DNA from: an uncultured candidate division Zixibacteria bacterium
Lineage (GTDB): Bacteria > Zixibacteria > MSB-5A5 > GN15 > PGXB01
Assembly: GCA_963702205.1 (NCBI GenBank)
Contig: OY969724.1
Coordinates: forward strand, 3,808,001-3,872,000
Direction: 5' to 3'
DNA length: 64,000 nt
The notes beneath the pieces are model-generated. The model ran no database searches. It was not told the DNA's origin and saw only the letters and a program-made list of their open reading frames with translations. Below, piece by piece: positions 50,726 through 58,950 of the stretch (its first letter is position 1; each line of letters opens with the position of its first letter). A program made the translations under genes and the position numbers.

Positions 50726-51286
50726 ATGACCGATACCGAATTGTGGCGGGAGATACTTACTGAAAATTCCGGCGCCTGGCGCAAGCTGGTCGAACGCTAC
50801 CAGGCGCTGGTTTATGCCGTCTGTATCCGTTCGGGGCTGCCGGCAGCCGACGTCGCCGACTGTTTCCAGCAGACCTGGGTCCTGCTTTATAAATCCCGCC
50901 ATCGGATCAAAGACCCTTCCCGCCTGTCCGCCTGGCTCGTTACCACCGCCAAGCGTGAAGTTTTGAGAATCAAGCGGCAGCGAGAAAGATCGGCCGCGTC
51001 GGATTCATCGGCTCAGTTGATTGTGCCGTCGGTCCTGCCCGATGAAGAACTCGAACAGTTGGAACGTCAGGCTCAAATCGAATTGGCCATGAAACGACTC
51101 GACGGCCGCTGCCGCAAGGTGCTTGAGGCGCTTTTTTTCGCACCGGAAAGTGAAACCTACGAAAAAATCGCGCACTCTCTCGGCATCGCGTCCAACAGTC
51201 TCGGCCCGATTCGTCACCGCTGTCTGGCTAAATTGAAAAAGATATTGCTGGAAAACGGGTTCGAAGAAGAACGAAAAAAAGATTAA
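50726..51286 (+). CDS. ECF RNA polymerase sigma factor
   Basis: Sigma2 LVERYQALV...DVADCFQ...LSAWL; sigma4 YEKIAHSLGI...GPIRHRCL. Confidence 0.9.
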   Translation: MTDTELWREILTENSGAWRKLVERYQALVYAVCIRSGLPAADVADCFQQTWVLLYKSRHRIKDPSRLSAWLVTTAKREVLRIKRQRERSAASDSSAQLIVPSVLPDEELEQLERQAQIELAMKRLDGRCRKVLEALFFAPESETYEKIAHSLGIASNSLGPIRHRCLAKLKKILLENGFEEERKKD

Positions 51287-51296
51287 AAGACTCTGT
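51269..51296 (+). promoter_or_regulatory. Candidate ECF promoter 1, GAACGA-N16-CTCTGT
   Basis: Same hexamers and spacing at 56071 and 56327. Confidence 0.7.
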
Positions 51297-51329
51297 TATG
51301 CAAAAGAGGAGTTTGAAGCTACGCGACAT

Positions 51330-51884
51330 TTGACAAGAAAAGAACTGATTAAAGCCGCAACGGCAGCCAAAGGCAAGTTGACCGGGCATCTGGCGGAATG
51401 TGCCGAATGCCGGGATTATGTTCTTATGTTGCGGTCGCTTAACGCCACCAATCGGTTGCCGCTGGCCGACGCCCCGAAAGCCTGGATCGATCGGGCGGCC
51501 GCCCTGGCCCAATCCGAAGGCGCGCTGAAGCGCACGGCCCGGATTCTGGCCGACCTTATTTTCGATTCATGGACGGTCCCGCATCCGGTCGGGGTGCGCG
51601 GTGAAACCGCCACCGATCAACGGCGCCTGCAATTCGAAACGCCTGAACTGACTTTCGATCTTCACGCCGAGCGCCGTGATACCGATTGGGCTTTTGTGGC
51701 CCAGACATCCGGCACCGAAGTTGAAATGACCGGACTTAAGGCCGGCAATAAAACCGTTGTGCCCGACTCGGGCGGCATGTATCAGTGGTCATCGAAACGA
51801 CCGCCCAAAAAAATATCCCTCATCACCGAGCGGGCTGTCATTGACCTGCCGGAACTTGTATGGAAAAGACCTCAGAAGAAATAG
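51330..51884 (+). CDS. Putative soluble zinc-binding anti-sigma (ZAS-like) protein
   Basis: HLAECAEC (H-x3-C-x2-C); directly after the ECF gene; no TM. Start may be ACG at 51321. Confidence 0.65.
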   Translation: MTRKELIKAATAAKGKLTGHLAECAECRDYVLMLRSLNATNRLPLADAPKAWIDRAAALAQSEGALKRTARILADLIFDSWTVPHPVGVRGETATDQRRLQFETPELTFDLHAERRDTDWAFVAQTSGTEVEMTGLKAGNKTVVPDSGGMYQWSSKRPPKKISLITERAVIDLPELVWKRPQKK

Positions 51885-54601
51885 CGGTTCGTGATTTCCT
51901 GTCCAAGGGTCTGATCGGGGGCCGTGATGAATTCGACTTGGCCAGGTCCTGCCATCGTGTCATTCTGGATGAATCACGGCGCTCTCTGAAAAAAGCCCTG
52001 GCTCTGGCCCGCAGGTTTTCCACAAGGACGCAGAAGCTGAAAGGCCCCCTGCGTCTTACTTCGGTTCGTTGTCTGGCCCGAGTCTCCCATATGAGTGGCC
52101 GCCATGCCGAAGCACTCAAAGCATATCTCGAAGCCCGCAGGCTGCTCAAGGGCGATCCGATGACCACAGCCGCTATCGACCGGGCGCTTATCGATGTATA
52201 TATGTATCTGGGTGATTTTGCCCTATCCCGAAAAGCCGCCCGCTCGGCTCTAAAAACGTTCGAGCGTGAAAAAGCCTGGGACGACAAAGCCCGGACCGAG
52301 GTCAATTACGCCAATCTGCTGCACCGTCAGGACCGCCATATCGAAGCGGAAAAGCTGTACCGCGCGGCGGGAGAATTTTTCGAAAAAGAGAATAACGAGC
52401 TGGCGGCGGCCCGGTGTCATTACAATCGCGCCAATACGCTGGTCCAGCTGTTCGAGCTGGATACCGCCGAAAAGTTATATGACAGCGCCGAAAAGATTTA
52501 CAAAAAAGCCGGATACACCCTGGACGCCTGCGATGCCCGTTATGGCCTGGCCTGGCTTCGGATGCTGACCGGGAATTTCCATCAGGCTTTTCTGGAACTG
52601 GCCGAATGCGAAAAAATCTATAAGGAAGGCGGCGATCCCCGGGGGGAGTCGCTTTGCATTCTCGACCGGGCCGAAGTCACTCTCGGGCTGGGATTGTATA
52701 AAGACGCCCACGGCACTGCCGCCACCGCCGGGAAAAAATTCACCCGTCTCGGTCTGCCCTATGAACAAGCCAAAGCGGCTTTGTTTCGCGGTCAGGCGGC
52801 GGCCGCGCTGGGAAAAGCCCGCGATGCCGAACAGTCCGCCGACCGCGCGCGACAGATTTTCGAAAATGAGAAAAACAACGGATTTTTGGGGGTCGTGCAC
52901 TTACTCGACGCCGACATAAAGGGCCTTCAAAATAAAGATAAAGCGGCTGATTTAAAATTCGCCCGCAAATACTTCTCCCGAGCGCAGCTTCCACTCTGGG
53001 AAGCAGTTTGTAACCTCCGGGAAGCCGCCGATAGCAGGCACTCCGACCATGCACTGAAAAATCTGGCCAAAAACAAAGCAGCTCATAATGTTCCGTATAT
53101 ATATACCTGCTGGCAGATTTCTCTGGGTGACCGGGCCTTCCGGCGAGGACGTACGGCTCAGGCCAGACGGTTCTGGCAAAATGCCGCCAACCGTCTCGAT
53201 TCGATAAAGGCCAAGCTCCCGCCCCCGGAACTGCGCGACGCCTATGGCGGCCGCCACGGTTCTCCCCATTTAAAACTCATCGCGACCGAACTCGACCACG
53301 ACCCGGCTATCGCGGCGGTCTGGTCGGAACGGTATCGTACCGCCGGGGTTTGGGCCCCGCTTGTACGAAACTCGATTAACGATAAACGCAGGGAGCGCGT
53401 GTATGGCCGTTTGGATGAACTGGCCAGCCAGGTGGGGGCTCTGGCCCGCCAGATCGGAGGCGCGGAAAGCCAGCGCGGTCTTTCGGGACCGGTTAAAAAG
53501 CAGGCACTGGGCAAATTGCAGCGGCAAATCCGCGACGACCTTCTAATTCTCGAATCCGGCTCCAAAGCCAGCTGGGCGTCGAAAGAATTTTTGAAAAATC
53601 AATTCAGAGCCATATCACAAAAGCATCCCATAGTGCAGTTTCACCTGCACGACAATGATATCATCGCATTCGTGCACAATCGCGGCGAAACCCGTTTGAA
53701 ACAAATAAAAGGCGGACGTGCACGGCTCGTGCAGGCCCTTGGTCGCTGGCGGTTTATGATCGAGGGCGAGATTTTATCGGGCTACCTTGCGAAAAGAACG
53801 AAATCCGATTCCGAAAGTCGGCTCTGGGCGGAACTGGGTGACTGGCTCTGGAAACCGCTCGATATAGATAAATCGCTGAAAGATATTTTAATCATCCCCG
53901 AAGGTGAGTTGACTCATCTGCCGTGGACGGCCATGACGATAGATAATGAATCTCTGCTCGACCGGCACAATATTATAATCTCGCCCAGTATTCGCCACTA
54001 TCTGGCCGCCCGCAGGCACAATGCCGGTTCAAAGCGGGTGGAAATATTTAAAGGTGCGACTGAGAATCTTAATCAAGCCGACAGAGAGATAAAATTTCTG
54101 GCCGGGTTGGCTAAAGATCGAGCGGTAATTCACAATTCCTGCGGTCGGGCCGACTGGCCAGACGATGAAAACGCCGCCATCTGGCACTATACCGGGCATG
54201 CGGAATTTTACGCCGAAAATCCATTTTATTCATATCTCTTATTGAACGATGGGCCCCTGTTTGCCGCCGACTTTCGATTTAAGCAGTGTACGGTTGACCT
54301 GGTCGTGCTGGCCGCGTGCCGTTCGGGGGAACAGATGGCTCTTCCCGGTGACGAAACCACCGGTTTGGTCAGATCGCTCATAGAGATGGGTGCCAGAAAC
54401 GTGGTCGCGGCCAACTGGCCGGTAGCCGATGAAGCCACTGCTTTGTGGGCCTGCGCCTTCTACGAGAAGTACTTTAAACATTACAATATTCCCGACTCTT
54501 ACCGATATGCATCGTATAAGGTCCGGGAGAGCTATAAATCCGCCTATTACTGGGCTTCGTTTACTATCTACGGGGCGGGTGGCATGGGAGGCAAAAGATG
54601 A
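51860..54601 (+). CDS. TPR-CHAT domain caspase-like protease
   Basis: N-terminal TPR helices; IIPEGELTHLPW, HYTGHA (His), LAACRSG (Cys), GARNVVAANWPVAD, YWASF. Confidence 0.92.
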   Translation: MEKTSEEIAVRDFLSKGLIGGRDEFDLARSCHRVILDESRRSLKKALALARRFSTRTQKLKGPLRLTSVRCLARVSHMSGRHAEALKAYLEARRLLKGDPMTTAAIDRALIDVYMYLGDFALSRKAARSALKTFEREKAWDDKARTEVNYANLLHRQDRHIEAEKLYRAAGEFFEKENNELAAARCHYNRANTLVQLFELDTAEKLYDSAEKIYKKAGYTLDACDARYGLAWLRMLTGNFHQAFLELAECEKIYKEGGDPRGESLCILDRAEVTLGLGLYKDAHGTAATAGKKFTRLGLPYEQAKAALFRGQAAAALGKARDAEQSADRARQIFENEKNNGFLGVVHLLDADIKGLQNKDKAADLKFARKYFSRAQLPLWEAVCNLREAADSRHSDHALKNLAKNKAAHNVPYIYTCWQISLGDRAFRRGRTAQARRFWQNAANRLDSIKAKLPPPELRDAYGGRHGSPHLKLIATELDHDPAIAAVWSERYRTAGVWAPLVRNSINDKRRERVYGRLDELASQVGALARQIGGAESQRGLSGPVKKQALGKLQRQIRDDLLILESGSKASWASKEFLKNQFRAISQKHPIVQFHLHDNDIIAFVHNRGETRLKQIKGGRARLVQALGRWRFMIEGEILSGYLAKRTKSDSESRLWAELGDWLWKPLDIDKSLKDILIIPEGELTHLPWTAMTIDNESLLDRHNIIISPSIRHYLAARRHNAGSKRVEIFKGATENLNQADREIKFLAGLAKDRAVIHNSCGRADWPDDENAAIWHYTGHAEFYAENPFYSYLLLNDGPLFAADFRFKQCTVDLVVLAACRSGEQMALPGDETTGLVRSLIEMGARNVVAANWPVADEATALWACAFYEKYFKHYNIPDSYRYASYKVRESYKSAYYWASFTIYGAGGMGGKR

Positions 54602-55980
54602 AATCAAAATATGGCTTTATTAGGAAGATGCCAGTGTCGACGATATTGTTCATAATAATCTGTTCAGCCTCGCTCGCCCACGGTAATGCGGGCTTCAGGC
54701 CCGGAGAACTTACCTGCAAGATGATGCCGGGATACGGCATCGGAATCGTCGTTGCTGCCTACGGCACCACAGTCAAGGGGCACCAGCCTCAAACCGATTG
54801 TTACCTTCTGGTCGCCCCGCCGGGTCAGGACGTCGAGAGTCTGGCGGTTGTTATTAATGCCAGACCCGACGTCGACTACTGCGCCGTCAACCATATTTTG
54901 TCTGCCCCCGAACCGTTTCAGCGCAGCCAGCCGTTTCTGGACGTGGAATGTATCGGCGATATATATACTCAAGTATCCGCCACGACATTGGACTTAACCG
55001 ATGCGCATCTGCTGTCGACCGGCACCAGCGTCCGGGTGGCCGTAATTGACGGCGGTGTAAATTTCGATCATCCGCTATTGGATACCATGCCCGGAGCAGT
55101 GGTTTCGGGCTGGGATTACGTTGACAATGACGACTACGCATTCGACGACAGCAGCGGCGTCTGTTGGGGACACGGGACATTCGTGGCCGGCGTCCTCCGC
55201 ATGACCGCACCCGGAGCCGATATTTATTCATACCGGGTTTTAGATACAGCCGGATTGGGCGATGCCTATTATATCGCCGAAGCTATAATGCAGGCGATAG
55301 ACGACAGCTGTCGGGTGATCAATTTAAGCATGGGGATGTCGGGTGTGGATCCGGCGCTCGATGACGCTCTTCGCCTGGCCGACCGCAGCAATGTATTGAT
55401 AATCGCCGCCGCGGGCAACGATTCCACCGATCTGAGCTCGGTGTTTCCGTACCCCGCCTCGCGGTACAATTGTATGGCCGTCGCAGCTTTGGATTCGACC
55501 AATCTTAAGGCCGATTTCTCGAACTACGGTGAAAAAGTCGACATTTCCGCCCCCGGCACACAAATCTATGCGGCGTACCCGGATACAACGTACGCCTGGT
55601 GGGACGGGACCAGTTTTGCATCGCCGTTTCTGGCGGGTGCAGCCGCTTTGATGATTTCGCTCGATCCGACCCTGACGCGCGATGATATTTTCAATATAAT
55701 TCAGCAGACGGCGGTCAGCGTCGATGATATCAATCCCGATTATGCCGGGCTGTTGGGTGCCGGGTTGGTCGACGTGCCTGCGGCTCTTAATGTCGTTGCG
55801 TCCATAATTCATGGCGATGCCAACGGCGACGGGAACGTCGATCTCATGGATATATTGTATATAATCGATTTTCTATACGATGACGGCCCGCCGCCGGAGC
55901 TTTTGAATTCGGCCGAAATGAACGGCGACGGCACCATAAACCTGCTGGACATCCTGATTCTGATCAAGAACCTGTATTAG
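54598..55980 (+). CDS. Secreted S8 peptidase with dockerin
   Basis: Signal peptide; VIDGG, GHGTFVAG, GTSFASP; dockerin GDANGDGNVDLMD; ATGA coupling to the CHAT gene. Confidence 0.9.
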   Translation: MKSKYGFIRKMPVSTILFIIICSASLAHGNAGFRPGELTCKMMPGYGIGIVVAAYGTTVKGHQPQTDCYLLVAPPGQDVESLAVVINARPDVDYCAVNHILSAPEPFQRSQPFLDVECIGDIYTQVSATTLDLTDAHLLSTGTSVRVAVIDGGVNFDHPLLDTMPGAVVSGWDYVDNDDYAFDDSSGVCWGHGTFVAGVLRMTAPGADIYSYRVLDTAGLGDAYYIAEAIMQAIDDSCRVINLSMGMSGVDPALDDALRLADRSNVLIIAAAGNDSTDLSSVFPYPASRYNCMAVAALDSTNLKADFSNYGEKVDISAPGTQIYAAYPDTTYAWWDGTSFASPFLAGAAALMISLDPTLTRDDIFNIIQQTAVSVDDINPDYAGLLGAGLVDVPAALNVVASIIHGDANGDGNVDLMDILYIIDFLYDDGPPPELLNSAEMNGDGTINLLDILILIKNLY

Positions 55981-56070
55981 GCAATATTTAAGGCTATAAG
56001 CAAACTTCAGCCGTCAGTCGACCGTAACAAAGGCCTGTCCCGAATAATTCCAAAAAAGTGAATTTTTCTT

Positions 56071-56098
56071 GAACGAATCGAACGGGGTCGCTCTCTGT
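56071..56098 (+). promoter_or_regulatory. Candidate ECF promoter 2, GAACGA-N16-CTCTGT
   Basis: Exact motif match in intergenic DNA. Confidence 0.7.
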
Positions 56099-56103
56099 TG
56101 GAC

Positions 56104-56273
56104 GAGCTTATGGATGCATGCCCCGAACGGGACAATCTGATATCTACTGCGATCAAGATATCGAGGTACTGTTTGCACACTGCAGACTGCGGGGGTCGGC
56201 ATCTATAAATCAGTACCGGTACGCATACCTCTTGTAAGGCCGCTGGTTCAGCATCCCGGCGGCCATTTTATTT
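56104..56273 (+). ncRNA. Candidate ECF-dependent small RNA (or 32-aa micro-ORF 56110-56208)
   Basis: Lies between promoter motif 2 and an intrinsic terminator; no long ORF on the plus strand. The 5' end is estimated. Confidence 0.4.
56238..56273 (+). terminator. Intrinsic terminator
   Basis: GGCCGCTGG...CCGGCGGCC followed by ATTTTATTT. Confidence 0.7.
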
Positions 56274-56326
56274 CCCCCTCAATCGGTTTTCTCAACTCAT
56301 TTTATCCACTTTTCCGGCCAATAAAT

Positions 56327-56354
56327 GAACGATTCCGGCGGGGAGTATCTCTGT
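56327..56354 (+). promoter_or_regulatory. Candidate ECF promoter 3, GAACGA-N16-CTCTGT
   Basis: Exact motif match 55 bp upstream of the lipoprotein ATG. Confidence 0.7.
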
Positions 56355-56409
56355 ATTTAAGAAGTAAGGAAAAGCACTGTAACCCAAAACCATGGCATGG
56401 AGGAAAAAA

Positions 56410-57366
56410 ATGCACAAAAAATGGGGTTTATGGACAGTAATGATGCTGATTGGTCTGGCGGCTTTCATGGTTGGATGCTCCGATGATTCGCCGCTGTCAT
56501 CTCAGGGCAATTCGCCTGTTTTGCAGGCCGCCGGTGAACCGGTCCAGTTCGCCGCCGAGGTGAAAACTGTCAATGAGAACCAAATGATGCTGACTTTCGA
56601 GGGTCGTCCCGATACAGCCGTGGCATCGCACAACTGTCTCATCGTGCGTCTTAAAAACACGATGGAAGCCCCGGTGCCTTTCAGCAATGTCGGACCCGGC
56701 GACTCGGTCACGGTTTACGGAGTTCAGCAGCAGAACGGTGTCATTCTCGCCAACCGAATCCAGCTCTGGCAAAGGCTGTACGATGGATATGACTTGGCTT
56801 TCCGCGATACAATCTCGACCATCGACTATACGACCGGTTCGTTTACCGTAAACGGTTACTCGCAGACGATTATTACGGATACTAATACATTTATCTGGGG
56901 TACCGAAACCCACAACCAGATATCCAATCAATACAGTGTGCAGACCAGATCAAGCACGACTACGGCTCAGGGTGATCCCGGATTCGGTACCGGCGAAGCT
57001 CATAACGTGCTCGTCGCGATCGATTTCACGGACCTCGCCGTCGGTGACATACTCGAAGTCAAAGCGTTTATAGTGAACGAAGACACACTTCTGGCCGCGG
57101 TCATTAAGGTCGCCAACGCATCGCACGCGGTCTGCAATGTGTTCGATGCTTATATCGCGACCATAGATTACGATACCCGAACGGTAACGTTCCACGGCTA
57201 CGGATGGACGGGATACGTCTGCCCGAAAGCCCGTTTGACCGGCCTTGACGGAGAAGTATTGACTTTGGAAGATTTCGCCGCAGGAGATTATGTTTCGGTG
57301 AAGGGCTATCCCACCGAAGATCCGAATGTCCTCAAGATCTGCAAAATGGAAATGATCGAGCCGTAA
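56410..57366 (+). CDS. Lipoprotein with three OB-fold-like (DUF5666-like) repeats
   Basis: GGAGG RBS; lipobox MVGC; repeats VGPGDSVTVYG / LAVGDILEVKA / FAAGDYVSVKG. Confidence 0.75.
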   Translation: MHKKWGLWTVMMLIGLAAFMVGCSDDSPLSSQGNSPVLQAAGEPVQFAAEVKTVNENQMMLTFEGRPDTAVASHNCLIVRLKNTMEAPVPFSNVGPGDSVTVYGVQQQNGVILANRIQLWQRLYDGYDLAFRDTISTIDYTTGSFTVNGYSQTIITDTNTFIWGTETHNQISNQYSVQTRSSTTTAQGDPGFGTGEAHNVLVAIDFTDLAVGDILEVKAFIVNEDTLLAAVIKVANASHAVCNVFDAYIATIDYDTRTVTFHGYGWTGYVCPKARLTGLDGEVLTLEDFAAGDYVSVKGYPTEDPNVLKICKMEMIEP

Positions 57367-57434
57367 TACATATCTCGCAGGTAACGCGTAACTGAAATCG
57401 GGAGAGAAATCCTGATAGCGAACGGCTTGATCTT

Positions 57435-57469
57435 ATGGGTGAGGATTCAAAAATCCTCGCCCATTTTTT
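57435..57469 (+). terminator. Intrinsic terminator
   Basis: ATGGGTGAGGATT-CAAA-AATCCTCGCCCAT-TTTTT. Confidence 0.8.
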
Positions 57470-57640
57470 AATTCATATGACTTAGAATCCAAATGGGACA
57501 TAATTTGCGGTCTTAAAAATTTGCCCCGATAGAGCATTATTCATGCGATTTTGAAAAAACCGGCACCGGTCGCGATAGTTCTATTCCCAACTCATTTAAA
57601 AAATGTTACTTTCGCCGATAACATTACATAAGCTAACATT

Positions 57641-58918
57641 TTGCCAAACGGTGTACATCGATTGCCACAGCTTTTTCAAAATTCCGTAAAATCAGTCAAT
57701 ACCCAGCAGATTCGCGGCGCAGTTTCGGATTCGCTGCGGATTATCGCCTTCACCGAGTTGGCCGACCTTGAATCGCACGCCACGGCCTGGAATGATCTAG
57801 CCTTTCAGTCAGCCCGACCGATGTTATCTCACGCCTGGATTGCCTCATTTTTTGAATATCAACTCGAAAAAGACCAAAGCTGGGTCTGCCTTCTGGCCTG
57901 TCGGGATTCGGAACTGGTCGGCGTTTTACCATTGGTGGGCACTGCCAGGACAGTGATGGGCCGAGATCACATCAGGCTCCAGACCCCTTTTAACTGGCAT
58001 ACACCATGCGTGGATTTTTTAATAAAACCGGGATTGGAAAAGGAGGTTATCCTCAGATTTCTGGCAACCATAAAGGAATTTACACCCAGCCTTTATCGCT
58101 TCAGAATAAGACGCCTTCGCGCCAATGCTTCAGTCCTGGCTATAGCCAAAAATGGATTGTCCGGTTTTATGTCAGGGCGTCGTTTTAGCGGTAATGGTTC
58201 GTATATCGAGGTCAATGGATCTTTCGAAGAATACCGGGCGCACCTGCCTCACGGATTCGCCCGCAACCTGAACCGCCTCGAACGTAAGCTGACCAGGCTG
58301 GGCGGTATACAGGTCGATTTTATTTCGGAAAACGCGGACAACCCCGAGTACCTAAGGGCCTTCCTGGAGATAGAAGAATCATGCTGGAAAGGCCGCAACG
58401 GTTCGGCGATACGTCAGTGCCAGTCACAGATGGAATTTTATACTGCCCTGACCCGCCGACTGGCCCATCTGGGCTGGCTGGAATGGTATTTCCTGAAAGC
58501 CGCCGGAAAAACCATCGCCGCCAATCTTGCCATCCGTGTCAATCATAGGCTGGTGGTTTTGAAAATAGGGTACGACGAGGCATTTTCATCGTATTCGCCG
58601 GGAAGCAAGCTTTTCGAGAAGATGATAAAACACGCCTTCGAATGCCATGAGATCAGTGAGATCGACTGCCTGAGTGAATATCCCTGGAACCGCAACTGGC
58701 AGATGAACATTAGGCCGTACTACGATTTGTCAATATATCCGGCTCGACTGACCAGCCTGCTTTTCGGCTGCATACCGGAACGAATTTACAATTTCGTCTG
58801 CCATCTGTCGTCCCTGAATTATCCCTGTCATATTTGCAACAGGATGATCAACCGCTTTCGGACCAAACCCGATCCCATAAACAAAACCTGTTGTTTGAAT
58901 AAAAAAACAAAATCCTGA
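57641..58918 (+). CDS. GNAT family acetyltransferase (CelD/BcsL-like)
   Basis: LVGVLPL, SCWKG, KIGYDEAFSSYSPGSKL; start uncertain. Confidence 0.75.
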   Translation: MPNGVHRLPQLFQNSVKSVNTQQIRGAVSDSLRIIAFTELADLESHATAWNDLAFQSARPMLSHAWIASFFEYQLEKDQSWVCLLACRDSELVGVLPLVGTARTVMGRDHIRLQTPFNWHTPCVDFLIKPGLEKEVILRFLATIKEFTPSLYRFRIRRLRANASVLAIAKNGLSGFMSGRRFSGNGSYIEVNGSFEEYRAHLPHGFARNLNRLERKLTRLGGIQVDFISENADNPEYLRAFLEIEESCWKGRNGSAIRQCQSQMEFYTALTRRLAHLGWLEWYFLKAAGKTIAANLAIRVNHRLVVLKIGYDEAFSSYSPGSKLFEKMIKHAFECHEISEIDCLSEYPWNRNWQMNIRPYYDLSIYPARLTSLLFGCIPERIYNFVCHLSSLNYPCHICNRMINRFRTKPDPINKTCCLNKKTKS

Positions 58919-58950
58919 AACTACCGCAGCCGATCCAAATTCCCAAAACA

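Noticed and set aside
50726..51286. Phosphorylation-activated ECF (EcfK/EcfP type) because a kinase is adjacent
   Set aside because: Region 2.2 keeps acidic residues (DVAD) rather than Ser/Thr, and a ZAS-like gene follows; not excluded but unsupported.
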